DNA of 64,000 nt from Candidatus Enterousia sp. Its GTDB lineage: Bacteria; Pseudomonadota; Alphaproteobacteria; Rs-D84. The position numbers and the translations under genes were made by a program. Where the stretch lies: NCBI GenBank assembly GCA_045616625.1, contig JAZLHA010000014.1, forward strand, positions 23,155 through 87,154, read 5' to 3'. Below are positions 35,343 to 44,739 of the stretch, one piece after another. Positions within the stretch are counted from its first letter, which is position 1, and each line of letters begins with the position of its first letter. The notes under the pieces are model-generated. The model did no database searches and was not told where the DNA came from. It saw only the letters and a program-made list of their open reading frames with translations.

Positions 35343-37104
35343 TTTGGAAGTATCACGCACATTTGACCGTCGCAGTGCCCTGTTTTTAACAGGTGGTGTT
35401 GTTTTGACATCTGTACTTGTGCTTAGGATGCTACAAATGCAGTTGTTTGAATACAAATCTTATAAACAAAAAAGTGAAAACAATTCTTTTAGAATACAAA
35501 TAAACATACCTGAACGCGGAAAAATTCTTGATGCAGATGGTGCCGTCATTTCGCGCGACACACCAATATATCGTATTTATTTAATTCCAGAAGAATTGGA
35601 AGATTTAGACACTGCATTAAATGCCGTATCAACCGACATTAAATTAAAACAAAAAACTATTAAGCGTATTCAAAAACAAATACAAAAACAGGCACATTTT
35701 CAACCGGTACTTATTACAGAAAGCACAGATTGGAACACACTTGCTAAAATTCAGGCAAAAAACATTCCAGGTATCCATGTTCGCAGTGGTTTTGCGCGAA
35801 AATATGAAATGGGGCCTGCGGGTGCACAATTTTTTGGATATGTTGGCGAACCAAAACAACAACCAGCAAATACACCATTTTTTACAACTGGAATTACAGG
35901 ATTGGAAAAAAGTTTTGAAAAAACACTTGCTGGAACATCGGGACAAACAGTTATGATTGCAAATGCTGTTGGTCGTATTACCGGCGAAGACAAATCACAA
36001 TTTGAACCATCACATATTGGTGGAAATATAAAAACAACAATTAAATCAAATGCTCAACGCGTTATGTATGATGCATTATCTGCGCATAAATCTGGGTGTG
36101 GGGTAGCATTGGATATTGAAACAGGTGATGTTTTGGCACTTGTATCCGCACCTAGTTTTAATCCAAATGATTTTAATAATGACGACGGTGAAGAATATAT
36201 AAACGCACTTCGTTCTGATTATGCAAAGCCATTTATGAACAAAGTGGTAGAGGGTCTATATCCCCCAGGTTCAACATTTAAAATTGTTGTTGCACTCGCT
36301 GCATTGGAATCAGGTGCAATAACACCAAACGAAAAGGTTTATTGTCCAGGATATTGGGAATATGGCGACAGACGTTATCATTGCTGGGAGGCACGCGGTC
36401 ATGGTCATGTTGACCTAGCAGGCGCACTTACGCATTCTTGTGATATTTATTTTTATCAACTGGCGCTGCGTATCGGTATAGACGCAATTAAATCTATGGC
36501 ATTAAAACTCGGTCTCACAGAAAAATATATTACAGATATTTTTACACGACAAATGGCTGGTATTATTCCGGACAGAAAATGGAAAGAAAAAAATATAGGT
36601 TCTCAATGGGTTCATGGTGACACAATTATTTCAGGTATTGGTCAGGGATTTATTTTAACAAACTGTATGCAACTGGCCATTATGATGGCACGCACAGTAT
36701 CAAATAAAAAGGTTGTTCCACGCATTATTTATTCTGATACAAAACCTAAATTTGCATCATTAAAATTACAACAGAAAAATATAGACTATGTATTAAATGG
36801 TTTGGAACAGGTGACCAAAACCGGCGGAACCGCAGCCGGCAGTGCAATAAATGTAAATGGTGCGCGTATGGGCGGTAAAACCGGAACATCCCAGGTACGC
36901 AGTATTTCACGTGCAGAACGCGTAACGGGCGTTTTAACAAACGAACAATTACAATGGAATATGCGAAATCATGGCCTGTTTGTAGGATATGCACCCACAG
37001 ACAAACCAAAATACGCGGTATGTGTTATTACTGAACATTCTGGTGGATCGGGGCCTGCTGCACGTACTGTTTCTGCGGTAATGAAGGAATTATTAAAGGA
37101 ATAA
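35335..37104 (+). CDS. mrdA: Penicillin-binding protein 2 (elongasome transpeptidase)
   Basis: SxxK motif (GSTFK), SxD/N motif (SCD), and KTG motif (GKTGTS). Confidence 0.9.
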   Translation: MIDLEVSRTFDRRSALFLTGGVVLTSVLVLRMLQMQLFEYKSYKQKSENNSFRIQINIPERGKILDADGAVISRDTPIYRIYLIPEELEDLDTALNAVSTDIKLKQKTIKRIQKQIQKQAHFQPVLITESTDWNTLAKIQAKNIPGIHVRSGFARKYEMGPAGAQFFGYVGEPKQQPANTPFFTTGITGLEKSFEKTLAGTSGQTVMIANAVGRITGEDKSQFEPSHIGGNIKTTIKSNAQRVMYDALSAHKSGCGVALDIETGDVLALVSAPSFNPNDFNNDDGEEYINALRSDYAKPFMNKVVEGLYPPGSTFKIVVALAALESGAITPNEKVYCPGYWEYGDRRYHCWEARGHGHVDLAGALTHSCDIYFYQLALRIGIDAIKSMALKLGLTEKYITDIFTRQMAGIIPDRKWKEKNIGSQWVHGDTIISGIGQGFILTNCMQLAIMMARTVSNKKVVPRIIYSDTKPKFASLKLQQKNIDYVLNGLEQVTKTGGTAAGSAINVNGARMGGKTGTSQVRSISRAERVTGVLTNEQLQWNMRNHGLFVGYAPTDKPKYAVCVITEHSGGSGPAARTVSAVMKELLKE

Positions 37105-37106
37105 TA

Positions 37107-38252
37107 ATGGCAAATCAAACACGTGTTTCTAATGCAAATATGATGACTTTTAATGAAAAACTATCCCGTTTTTCATGGCCATTATTTATACCAATGTGTT
37201 TTGTTTTAGCAGTTTCTATTATTGTTTTATTTTCAGCGGGCGGCGGTTCATGGAAACCATTTGCTTTATCACAACTGACTAAAATTCTATTTGGCCTCCT
37301 TGTATTTTTTGTTGTGTCTTTTACAAACATAAAATTATGGTTAAAATCTGCAAATACAATTTATGCTGTTGCGCTGGTTTTAATTATATTGGTGACATTT
37401 ATTGGACATACCGGTATGGGCGCACAAAGATGGTTAAATCTTGGCTTTATAAATATTCAACCATCAGAATTTATTAAAATTGCCCTTGTTTTGGCGTTGG
37501 CGCGTTATTTTGCCTGGATGAATTCTGTGGAATTAACACAATTAAAAAACTATATTGTGCCTGTTTTACTAATGCTTGTTCCGTTTGGTTTAATTGTTTT
37601 ACAACCTGATTTAGGAACAGCGTTATCGCTTGCATTAATTACTCTTGGAATTTTCTATATTGTTGGTGCACCAAAAAAATGGTTTGTTATAGCAGGAATT
37701 CTGGCGGTTTTAGCAGCACCGGCCGTTTGGTTTGGTGGTATGCACGATTATCAACGTGACAGAATTATTACATTTATTAACCCAGATCATGATGCCCAGG
37801 GTGCAGGTTATCAAATAAATCAAGCTAAAATTGCATTCGGTAGTGGTGGATTTATAGGCAAAGGTTATATGTCTGGAACCCAATCACAGCAATCGTTTTT
37901 ACCTGAAAAACAAACTGATTTTATATTTACAATGCTTGGTGAAGAATTTGGTTTCTTGGGCGCATTTTGTTTATTGATTGTTTATACAATAATAATTGGA
38001 CTGCTGTTTTGGGCGGCAAAAACATGCAGAAATCGCTTTGGACAACTCGTCTGTTTTGGATTTATGTTGAATTTCTTTGTTTATTACTTTATAAATATCT
38101 CTATGGTTTTGGGGTTAATGCCGACCGTTGGGGTGCCGTTACCACTAATGTCATTTGGTGGCAGCAGTTTAATTTCCCTGATGTTTGGGTTCGGATTATG
38201 CCAAAACGCACATATTCATAAAGACCAACAATTGTCTGCCAAAGGAAGTTAA
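37107..38252 (+). CDS. rodA: SEDS peptidoglycan glycosyltransferase RodA
   Basis: FtsW/RodA/SpoVE family pattern (QPSEF, DLGTAL, PEKQTDFIF, GVPLPLMSFGGSS), located downstream of mrdA. Confidence 0.9.
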   Translation: MANQTRVSNANMMTFNEKLSRFSWPLFIPMCFVLAVSIIVLFSAGGGSWKPFALSQLTKILFGLLVFFVVSFTNIKLWLKSANTIYAVALVLIILVTFIGHTGMGAQRWLNLGFINIQPSEFIKIALVLALARYFAWMNSVELTQLKNYIVPVLLMLVPFGLIVLQPDLGTALSLALITLGIFYIVGAPKKWFVIAGILAVLAAPAVWFGGMHDYQRDRIITFINPDHDAQGAGYQINQAKIAFGSGGFIGKGYMSGTQSQQSFLPEKQTDFIFTMLGEEFGFLGAFCLLIVYTIIIGLLFWAAKTCRNRFGQLVCFGFMLNFFVYYFINISMVLGLMPTVGVPLPLMSFGGSSLISLMFGFGLCQNAHIHKDQQLSAKGS

Positions 38253-38256
38253 TAAA

Positions 38257-40485
38257 ATGAATTTACTTATCGTAGAATCACCTTCAAAAGCAAAAACTAT
38301 TGAAAAATACTTAGGTAATGGATGGCGTGTTATTGCATCTGTTGGTCATATTCGTGATTTAGTTCCCGAAAGTGGCAGTGTTAAAATAGAAAATAATTTT
38401 GAACCAATTTGGCAAATTATGGACGGTAAAGAAAAAGTCCTTAAAAACATTGTTGATGAAGTTAAAAAGGCAGATGCAGTATATCTGGCATCCGATCCGG
38501 ATCGTGAAGGGGAAGCAATCGCATGGCATATACTTGATGTTTTAACAGAAAAAAATGTATTACAAAACACGCCTGTATATCGTATTGCTTTTCACGAAAT
38601 TACAAAACGCGCAGTGATGGACGCTATTGAACATCCACGTAAAATAGATGATAATCTAGTAAATGCTTATCTTGTTCGTCGTATTCTGGACTATTTAATT
38701 GGCTTTGAAATTTCACCACTTACACAACGCAGAAACTTGGGTAAATCTGTGGGGCGTGTTCAATCTGTTGCGGTTAAATTGGTTGTTGATAGGGAACGCG
38801 AAATAGACGATTTTAAACCAACTGAATATTGGTCAGTATCTGCAAACTGTAAAGCGGGCGATGAATTTACATCTAACTTGATTTTTTATAATGGTAAAAA
38901 GATTGAGAAAACAAGCATTGAAAATAAAAAACAAGTTGATGAAATTTTAAAAAATATCGGAAAACCAACAATAAATGCATCTGTGGTTGATATTACCAAG
39001 AAAAATTCTTCACGCAGGGCGGCCGCACCATTTACAACCAGTACCCTGCAACAAGAAGCCGCACGTAAATTATATTTTTCATCCAAGAAAACTATGCAGG
39101 TCGCACAAAAATTATATGAACAGGGTTTTATTACATATATGCGAACAGACGCAACCAATTTATCGGTTGATGCTGTAAACGAAATTCGTAATTATATTGA
39201 CAAAAAATATGGTAAAAAATTTCTGCCAAAAACACCAAATATTTATGTAACAAAGTCAAAAAATGCCCAGGAAGCGCACGAAGCAATTCGTCCAACACAT
39301 TTTAATAATGATGAAGTTGATTTATCTGGTGATGAAGCAAAATTATATTCTTTGATTTGGAAAAGAACAATTGCATGTCAAATGACAAATGCTGAATTTG
39401 ATAGTGTTGGTGTGGATATTAAAATAGATAATAAAAATATTTTATTCCACAGTGTTGGAACAACAAAAACTTTTGACGGCTTTACGCGTGTTTATACCGA
39501 AGACAAAGATGATATTACAGATGAAAATGAATCTAAATTACCACCACTAAAAATTGGTGATAAAATAGAAATTACAGAAATTTTACCAGAACAACACTTT
39601 ACCCAACCACCCGCCAGATATACCGAGGCATCATTGGTTAAAAAATTAGAAGAACTTGGTATAGGGCGTCCATCAACGTATGCAACGATTATGTCAACGA
39701 TTATAGACAGAAAATATGTTGAACAAGATAAACAACATCGTTTTCATCCAACAATTGGCGGATGGATTGTTGTTGCATATTTGTCTAAATATTTTTCGGA
39801 TCTTGTTGATGTCAACTTTACCGCAAAAACAGAAGATACTTTGGACGATGTATCAAATGGTGAAACTGAAAAACTATCAGCATTGAATGAATTTTGGAAT
39901 CCAACCAAGGTTATGATTGATTCTGCACGCGGTGTAAAAACTACCGAAATTATTGATACAATAAACGAATTTATGCACAAACACTTGTTTCCAGATGGTA
40001 ATAATGTTTGTCCAATATGTAAAGGAAAACTCGGTATAAAATTATCAAAATTTGGTGCATTTATTGGATGTTCTAATTATCCAACATGTAATTACATTAA
40101 AAAAATATCTAGTGATATAGATGAAAAAACACAAACTAAAACAGATATTGATTTAGGTGATGGTATATCGTTTAAGACTGGACGTTTTGGTCCGTATGTG
40201 ACAGACGGTTCTAAAAATGCGAGTGCTAAAAAATATACCGCCGACACAATTACCTTAGAAATTGCACGCGATTTATTAAATAATTCTGATAAAAAGGTTG
40301 AACCTGTTCAAATTGGTATAAATCCAAAAACAGAAAAAATGATTTATTTTTATCCATCAGGTAGATATGGTGCGTATATATCATCTAATCGTGTAAATGT
40401 TAGTGTTGAAAATCAACCCGATTTAGAAACCGCAATAGATTTAATAAACAACAAACAACCAAAAAAATTTTTTAGAAAGAAATAA
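38257..40485 (+). CDS. topA: DNA topoisomerase I
   Basis: Toprim N-terminus LIVESPSKAKTIEKYLG, the catalytic Tyr region, and a C-terminal Zn ribbon CPICKG...CSNYPTC. Start moved to the ATG at 38257. Confidence 0.95.
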   Translation: MNLLIVESPSKAKTIEKYLGNGWRVIASVGHIRDLVPESGSVKIENNFEPIWQIMDGKEKVLKNIVDEVKKADAVYLASDPDREGEAIAWHILDVLTEKNVLQNTPVYRIAFHEITKRAVMDAIEHPRKIDDNLVNAYLVRRILDYLIGFEISPLTQRRNLGKSVGRVQSVAVKLVVDREREIDDFKPTEYWSVSANCKAGDEFTSNLIFYNGKKIEKTSIENKKQVDEILKNIGKPTINASVVDITKKNSSRRAAAPFTTSTLQQEAARKLYFSSKKTMQVAQKLYEQGFITYMRTDATNLSVDAVNEIRNYIDKKYGKKFLPKTPNIYVTKSKNAQEAHEAIRPTHFNNDEVDLSGDEAKLYSLIWKRTIACQMTNAEFDSVGVDIKIDNKNILFHSVGTTKTFDGFTRVYTEDKDDITDENESKLPPLKIGDKIEITEILPEQHFTQPPARYTEASLVKKLEELGIGRPSTYATIMSTIIDRKYVEQDKQHRFHPTIGGWIVVAYLSKYFSDLVDVNFTAKTEDTLDDVSNGETEKLSALNEFWNPTKVMIDSARGVKTTEIIDTINEFMHKHLFPDGNNVCPICKGKLGIKLSKFGAFIGCSNYPTCNYIKKISSDIDEKTQTKTDIDLGDGISFKTGRFGPYVTDGSKNASAKKYTADTITLEIARDLLNNSDKKVEPVQIGINPKTEKMIYFYPSGRYGAYISSNRVNVSVENQPDLETAIDLINNKQPKKFFRKK

Positions 40486-40487
40486 AC

Positions 40488-42104
40488 TTGGCAAAATATG
40501 ATAACTCTTTTACTGATGAATTACGGGCCAGATTATCACTGGTTGATGTAATTGGACGGCATGTTCCACTTACTAAAAAAGGTCAAAATTATTGGGGTTG
40601 TTGCCCATTTCATAATGAAAAAACACCGAGTTTTTCTGTAAACGAAGAAAAAGGATTTTATCATTGTTTTGGTTGTAGCGAACACGGCGATATTATTTCT
40701 TTTACAATGAAAATAAATAATATGGATTTTAAAGCCGCTATCACAGAACTTGCAAATATGGCGGGGATGAAATTACCGGATTATAAACCAAAATCACCTG
40801 AAAAAATTGCCTCCGAAGAATCTTATCTATCTATATATGAATCGGCAGCAAAGTTATATTCTGAAAAATTATTTTCGCCTGATGGTGCGCATGCTTTATC
40901 TTATATTCGTGGTCGTGGCTTTAGTGATGATATGATTAAAAAATATGGTATTGGATATGCACCAAAAAATAATATAATCGCAAACAAATTTATAAATACT
41001 AAACAAGATAAATTACTCGCAACAGGTTTATGTCGCAGTGGTGATTACGGGTTATACGATTTCTTTCGTGATAAATTAATGTTTCCAATATTTAACGCAC
41101 ATGGACAAATTGTTGCTTTTTCAGGGCGTAGTTTAGATGGGAGTGAACCAAAGTATATAAATACCCCTGATACAGAAATGTTTCATAAAAGACAAACTAT
41201 ATTTGGTTTTAATTTTGCACGCGATAGTATTCATCGTCAAAACCGTTCTATTATTGTAGAGGGTCAAATAGATGCAATTCAAATGCAATGTAATGGATTT
41301 GGTGAAACGGTTGCCCCACTTGGAACAGCATTAACCGAAGATCATATTGCAATTTTATGTAAATCAAATAGAAATATTGTTTTTTGTTTTGATGGTGATG
41401 GGGCGGGGCAAAAGGCTGCGGCACGCGCCTGCGGTATAGTATTACCATTTTTACGCGACACATCTGATGTTAAATTTGCTTTTGTGACCGGTGGCAAGGA
41501 TCCTGATGAAGTATTGAAAATATCCGGTAAAATAGGTATGGATAAAATTATAGATTCTGCAACACCACTGGTTGACTTTTTGTGGAATTTAACAAATCAA
41601 AAATTTTTAGTTTCAACACCGGGTGGACGTTCCCAGGCTGAAAAATTCTTAAAATCAGAAATTGATAAAATTCAAGATTTTAATTTCAAAAATGAAATTG
41701 TTCAAGAATATAATAAAAGAAAATTTCAACAATGGCATTGGTGGAAAAAAACAAAATATGATGAAACAAAAATTGATTTACCATCTGCGGATAATTTAAC
41801 TAAAAAAACACTAAATTATATAGTTAATAAATATCCACAAATTGCATCGTTATACGCTGAATTTCTTGGAAAATTAAATATATCTTTTAACGAAGAAGTT
41901 GAAACAGATATAAATTTATCTGAAAAAGATTCTGAAAAATATATTAAATCTTTGGAATTAAATATTAAGTTAAAAAAATTACAAAATACCAAAAAACAAA
42001 TTTTGGCTGATATGTTAAAAACTGGTGAAAATACCGGTAATTTAAAAGAAATAGATAAAGAAATAGAAAATATTTCCGAAGAATTAGAAAAAATGCTTTA
42101 TTAA
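40488..42104 (+). CDS. dnaG: DNA primase
   Basis: Zn-finger CCPFHNEKTPSFSV..YHCFGC and a Toprim domain (EG..D, DGDGAGQKAA). TTG start. Confidence 0.92.
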   Translation: MAKYDNSFTDELRARLSLVDVIGRHVPLTKKGQNYWGCCPFHNEKTPSFSVNEEKGFYHCFGCSEHGDIISFTMKINNMDFKAAITELANMAGMKLPDYKPKSPEKIASEESYLSIYESAAKLYSEKLFSPDGAHALSYIRGRGFSDDMIKKYGIGYAPKNNIIANKFINTKQDKLLATGLCRSGDYGLYDFFRDKLMFPIFNAHGQIVAFSGRSLDGSEPKYINTPDTEMFHKRQTIFGFNFARDSIHRQNRSIIVEGQIDAIQMQCNGFGETVAPLGTALTEDHIAILCKSNRNIVFCFDGDGAGQKAAARACGIVLPFLRDTSDVKFAFVTGGKDPDEVLKISGKIGMDKIIDSATPLVDFLWNLTNQKFLVSTPGGRSQAEKFLKSEIDKIQDFNFKNEIVQEYNKRKFQQWHWWKKTKYDETKIDLPSADNLTKKTLNYIVNKYPQIASLYAEFLGKLNISFNEEVETDINLSEKDSEKYIKSLELNIKLKKLQNTKKQILADMLKTGENTGNLKEIDKEIENISEELEKMLY

Positions 42105-42159
42105 AATAAAAATTACCGGTTTTTTTTATAAAAATTTTTAAAAAGGCCGGTAATTTTTT

Positions 42160-43239
42160 TTAATTATTAAACAAAAAATGACAAATATCACCTTCTTGCA
42201 TTATATATTCTTTACCAACTGTGTGCATTTTTCCAGCCTCGCGCACTGGTAATTCACCACCATATTCTATAAAATCTGATGCTGATATAACTTCTGCCCG
42301 GATAAAACCTTTTTCAAAATCAGTATGTATTTTACCGGCGGCCTGGGGTGCGGTAAATCCGGTTTTAATTGTCCAGGCATGTGCTTCCTTGGGTCCCACA
42401 GTATAGAAAGTTTGTAATCCTAGTGTTTTATATCCAGTTTTAATTATTTTATCCAACCCAGATTCAGAAAGCCCCAAATCATCCAGAAACATTTTACGCT
42501 CATCTGGATCTACAATTTGTGCAATTTCCATTTCTATTTTTGATGAAATTATTAATACTGGTGATTTTTTACCGTATTTTTCAATAACAGAGTCAGAAAA
42601 TTTATTTCCACTCGCAGCAGACACTTCATCAACATTACACACATAAATTACCGGTTTTGATGTTAATAAATTAAATGATTTTGAATTAACACTACTAAAT
42701 CGTGCACATATTCCAGATTCTAAATCTTTTTTTATTTGATTTGCATCTGATAATAATTTAATTGCTTCTTTATCTTGACCATGCGCTTTTTTTTCAAGGT
42801 TTTTTATTTGTTTTTCTAAACTTTCTAAATCTGCCAACATTAATTCTGTTTCAATTGTTTCAATATCAAGTAATGGATCTATACGACCATTTACATGAAC
42901 AATATCATCATTTTCAAAACACCTAACAACATGAATAATTGCATCTGTTTCAAGAATATTTCCTAAAAATTTATTTCCAAGTCCTTCGCCACTGGATGCC
43001 CCTTTGACTAAACCGGCAATATCAACAATTTCAAGTTGTGTTGGTATTATTTTTGCTGATTTAGCAATATCAGCAAGTTTTAATAAAGTTGCGTCCGGCA
43101 CAACAACACAACCAGTATTAGGTTCTATCGTGCAAAATGGATAGTTTTGCGCGTCAGCCGCGGCACTCTGTGTCAAAGCATTAAATAATGTAGATTTTCC
43201 AACATTTGGCAAACCTACAATTCCACAATTGAAACCCAT
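42160..43239 (-). CDS. ychF: Ribosome-binding ATPase YchF
   Basis: GIVGLPNVGKSTLFNAL, and a TGS domain with C-terminal GDI.HF.FN. Confidence 0.95.
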   Translation of the reverse strand: MGFNCGIVGLPNVGKSTLFNALTQSAAADAQNYPFCTIEPNTGCVVVPDATLLKLADIAKSAKIIPTQLEIVDIAGLVKGASSGEGLGNKFLGNILETDAIIHVVRCFENDDIVHVNGRIDPLLDIETIETELMLADLESLEKQIKNLEKKAHGQDKEAIKLLSDANQIKKDLESGICARFSSVNSKSFNLLTSKPVIYVCNVDEVSAASGNKFSDSVIEKYGKKSPVLIISSKIEMEIAQIVDPDERKMFLDDLGLSESGLDKIIKTGYKTLGLQTFYTVGPKEAHAWTIKTGFTAPQAAGKIHTDFEKGFIRAEVISASDFIEYGGELPVREAGKMHTVGKEYIMQEGDICHFLFNN

Positions 43240-43257
43240 AATAAAATCCTTTATAAT

Positions 43258-43941
43258 ATGCTTAATATGTCATACATGTGGCAAGATTTCAATATAAAAA
43301 CCTTTCTAGCGGAAACTATTGTTTACCGTGATGGTGTTTTTTGTTCTGAATTATCAACAATACAATCTGGCGAAATAGATAAAAATTATGATTTACCGGT
43401 CCATTTAATATATATTGGCGAAATTTCCGGTAAAAATAAGTTAAATATAAATATATCTGTTGAAAATCAACCAGTATTTTTAACCGTAAAAATAAAAAAT
43501 AAAAAGCCGGCATTTTTGAATATTTTTATCAAAAACACCGGTAAAAATTCCGTATTAAAGGGTAAAGTATTATTATTTAATGAATCAGAATTAAATTTTG
43601 ATATTTTTGCCGGTCATTTTAATGAAAACACCGGTATTTTAATAAACACTAAATTGTTAGCAAATGAAAAATCTGTATCTAAACTTTCTGGAACTGCGGA
43701 TATAAAATACAAAAATTGTAATTCGGATATTAATTTTTCTGTGTTGTCGGATAAAGATGCAAAAATTACATTTATACCCATACAAAAAATTACTGCTATT
43801 CCTGATAGTGCAAAACATGGTGCTTCGTTATTCGAGGCTAAAGATATTCAAATACAATACTTACGTGAAAGCGGATTATCTGGCAACGAAGTCCAAGAAA
43901 TATTAAAAGAATCTTTTATAAATGATAATTCTTTATTTTAA
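43258..43941 (+). CDS. Short SufB/SufD-family (UPF0051) protein, orphan
   Basis: Repetitive beta-helix-like middle region. The C-terminus AKHGASLFEAKDIQIQYLRESGLSGNEVQEILKESFI resembles the SufD/SufB C-terminal motif. It is only 227 aa, and no sufB, sufC or sufS lies nearby. Confidence 0.55.
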   Translation: MLNMSYMWQDFNIKTFLAETIVYRDGVFCSELSTIQSGEIDKNYDLPVHLIYIGEISGKNKLNINISVENQPVFLTVKIKNKKPAFLNIFIKNTGKNSVLKGKVLLFNESELNFDIFAGHFNENTGILINTKLLANEKSVSKLSGTADIKYKNCNSDINFSVLSDKDAKITFIPIQKITAIPDSAKHGASLFEAKDIQIQYLRESGLSGNEVQEILKESFINDNSLF

Positions 43942-43943
43942 GT

Positions 43944-43968
43944 AAAAAAATACCCGAATAATCGGGTA
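43944..43968 (-). terminator. Rho-independent terminator of rpmJ
   Basis: TACCCGA-ataa-TCGGGTA, with T7 following on the minus strand. Confidence 0.7.
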
Positions 43969-43992
43969 AAAAATAGTGTTTTTATATAAAAC

Positions 43993-44127
43993 TTATTTTT
44001 TCTTAAAGCCCTGTTTAGCCTTTAATTTAGGCTTTGATGGGTCAATTAAAATAATTTGCTTACCACGGCGAATTTGTTTAATATCACCACGTTTTTTCCA
44101 AGCTTTTAATGAACTTAAAAATTTCAT
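43993..44127 (-). CDS. rpmJ: 50S ribosomal protein L36 (non-Zn, YkgO-like type)
   Basis: Below the ORF-track size cutoff. My translation is MKFLSSLKAWKKRGDIKQIRRGKQIILIDPSKPKLKAKQGFKKK (44 aa), which matches the L36 pattern MK(V/I).SLK....R.....V.R.G....I...NP..KA.QG. Confidence 0.8.
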   Translation of the reverse strand: MKFLSSLKAWKKRGDIKQIRRGKQIILIDPSKPKLKAKQGFKKK

Positions 44128-44386
44128 ATTAAATCCTTTTTGCCAAGGCATTATAAACTTATTTTATAAAAAATCAAATATTTATTATATTTTTGTTGTT
44201 TTTATAAGGGGTGTTTATTTTGTTAAAAACAGTTTTTAATTTTTTATTAACAGTTTTTTAACAAAAATTTGCTTATTTTATAAGGTTTTTATAAAAATTG
44301 TTAATAAATATATCTGTTAAATAAACAGTTTAAAAATCACACTTTTTTAACCGATTTATACATTTTTTATAAATTGTTTTTTATGC

Positions 44387-44415
44387 TTGTTAAAAAATGT
44401 TAAAATCATTATAAT
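44387..44415 (+). promoter_or_regulatory. Predicted sigma70-type promoter for virB3-virB4
   Basis: -35 TTGTTA, a 17-bp spacer, then -10 TATAAT. The -10 element ends 28 nt before the ATG, and an AGGAGAGGG RBS follows. Confidence 0.45.
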
Positions 44416-44442
44416 TCAATTACATATATCTTAGGAGAGGGT

Positions 44443-44739
44443 ATGAAACAGCAAGTATTAAAGGCTTTAGCAAATCCAGCGCGCATATTTAATGTGCCGT
44501 TTTCGCTTGCTATACTTAATTTTGCTGTTCAATTTGTTATATTTATATTTGTTTTTATTGGATATTTTATTGCTACTAAATGGCAGGATACTATTAGTCC
44601 GCTGTGGTTTTTATTATCAGTATTAATTGTTCATTTAATATTGGCCGGAATTTCAAAAAAAGAACCACAACTTGATCAAATTATATCTGCTAAATTTAAA
44701 TTAATTAAAAATAGAATACCAAAAAGGTTGGCGGCATAA
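44443..44739 (+). CDS. virB3: Type IV secretion protein VirB3
   Basis: ~98 aa with LKALANPARIFNVP followed by two TM helices. It is coupled to virB4 through a TAATG overlap. Confidence 0.8.
   Translation: MKQQVLKALANPARIFNVPFSLAILNFAVQFVIFIFVFIGYFIATKWQDTISPLWFLLSVLIVHLILAGISKKEPQLDQIISAKFKLIKNRIPKRLAA

Noticed and set aside
42105-42159. Long-range inverted repeat ATTACCGG...CCGGTAAT between dnaG and ychF as something special
   Set aside because: It is consistent with an ordinary bidirectional terminator between convergent genes.
43976-44239. 87-aa plus-strand ORF
   Set aside because: It is opposite the rpmJ (L36) gene, which has a convincing translation and its own terminator.
44128-44442. 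Repetitive AT-rich spacer as a CRISPR array or minisatellite
   Set aside because: It has only short (8-bp) dispersed motifs with irregular spacing and no repeat-spacer periodicity. No cas genes are present in the window.
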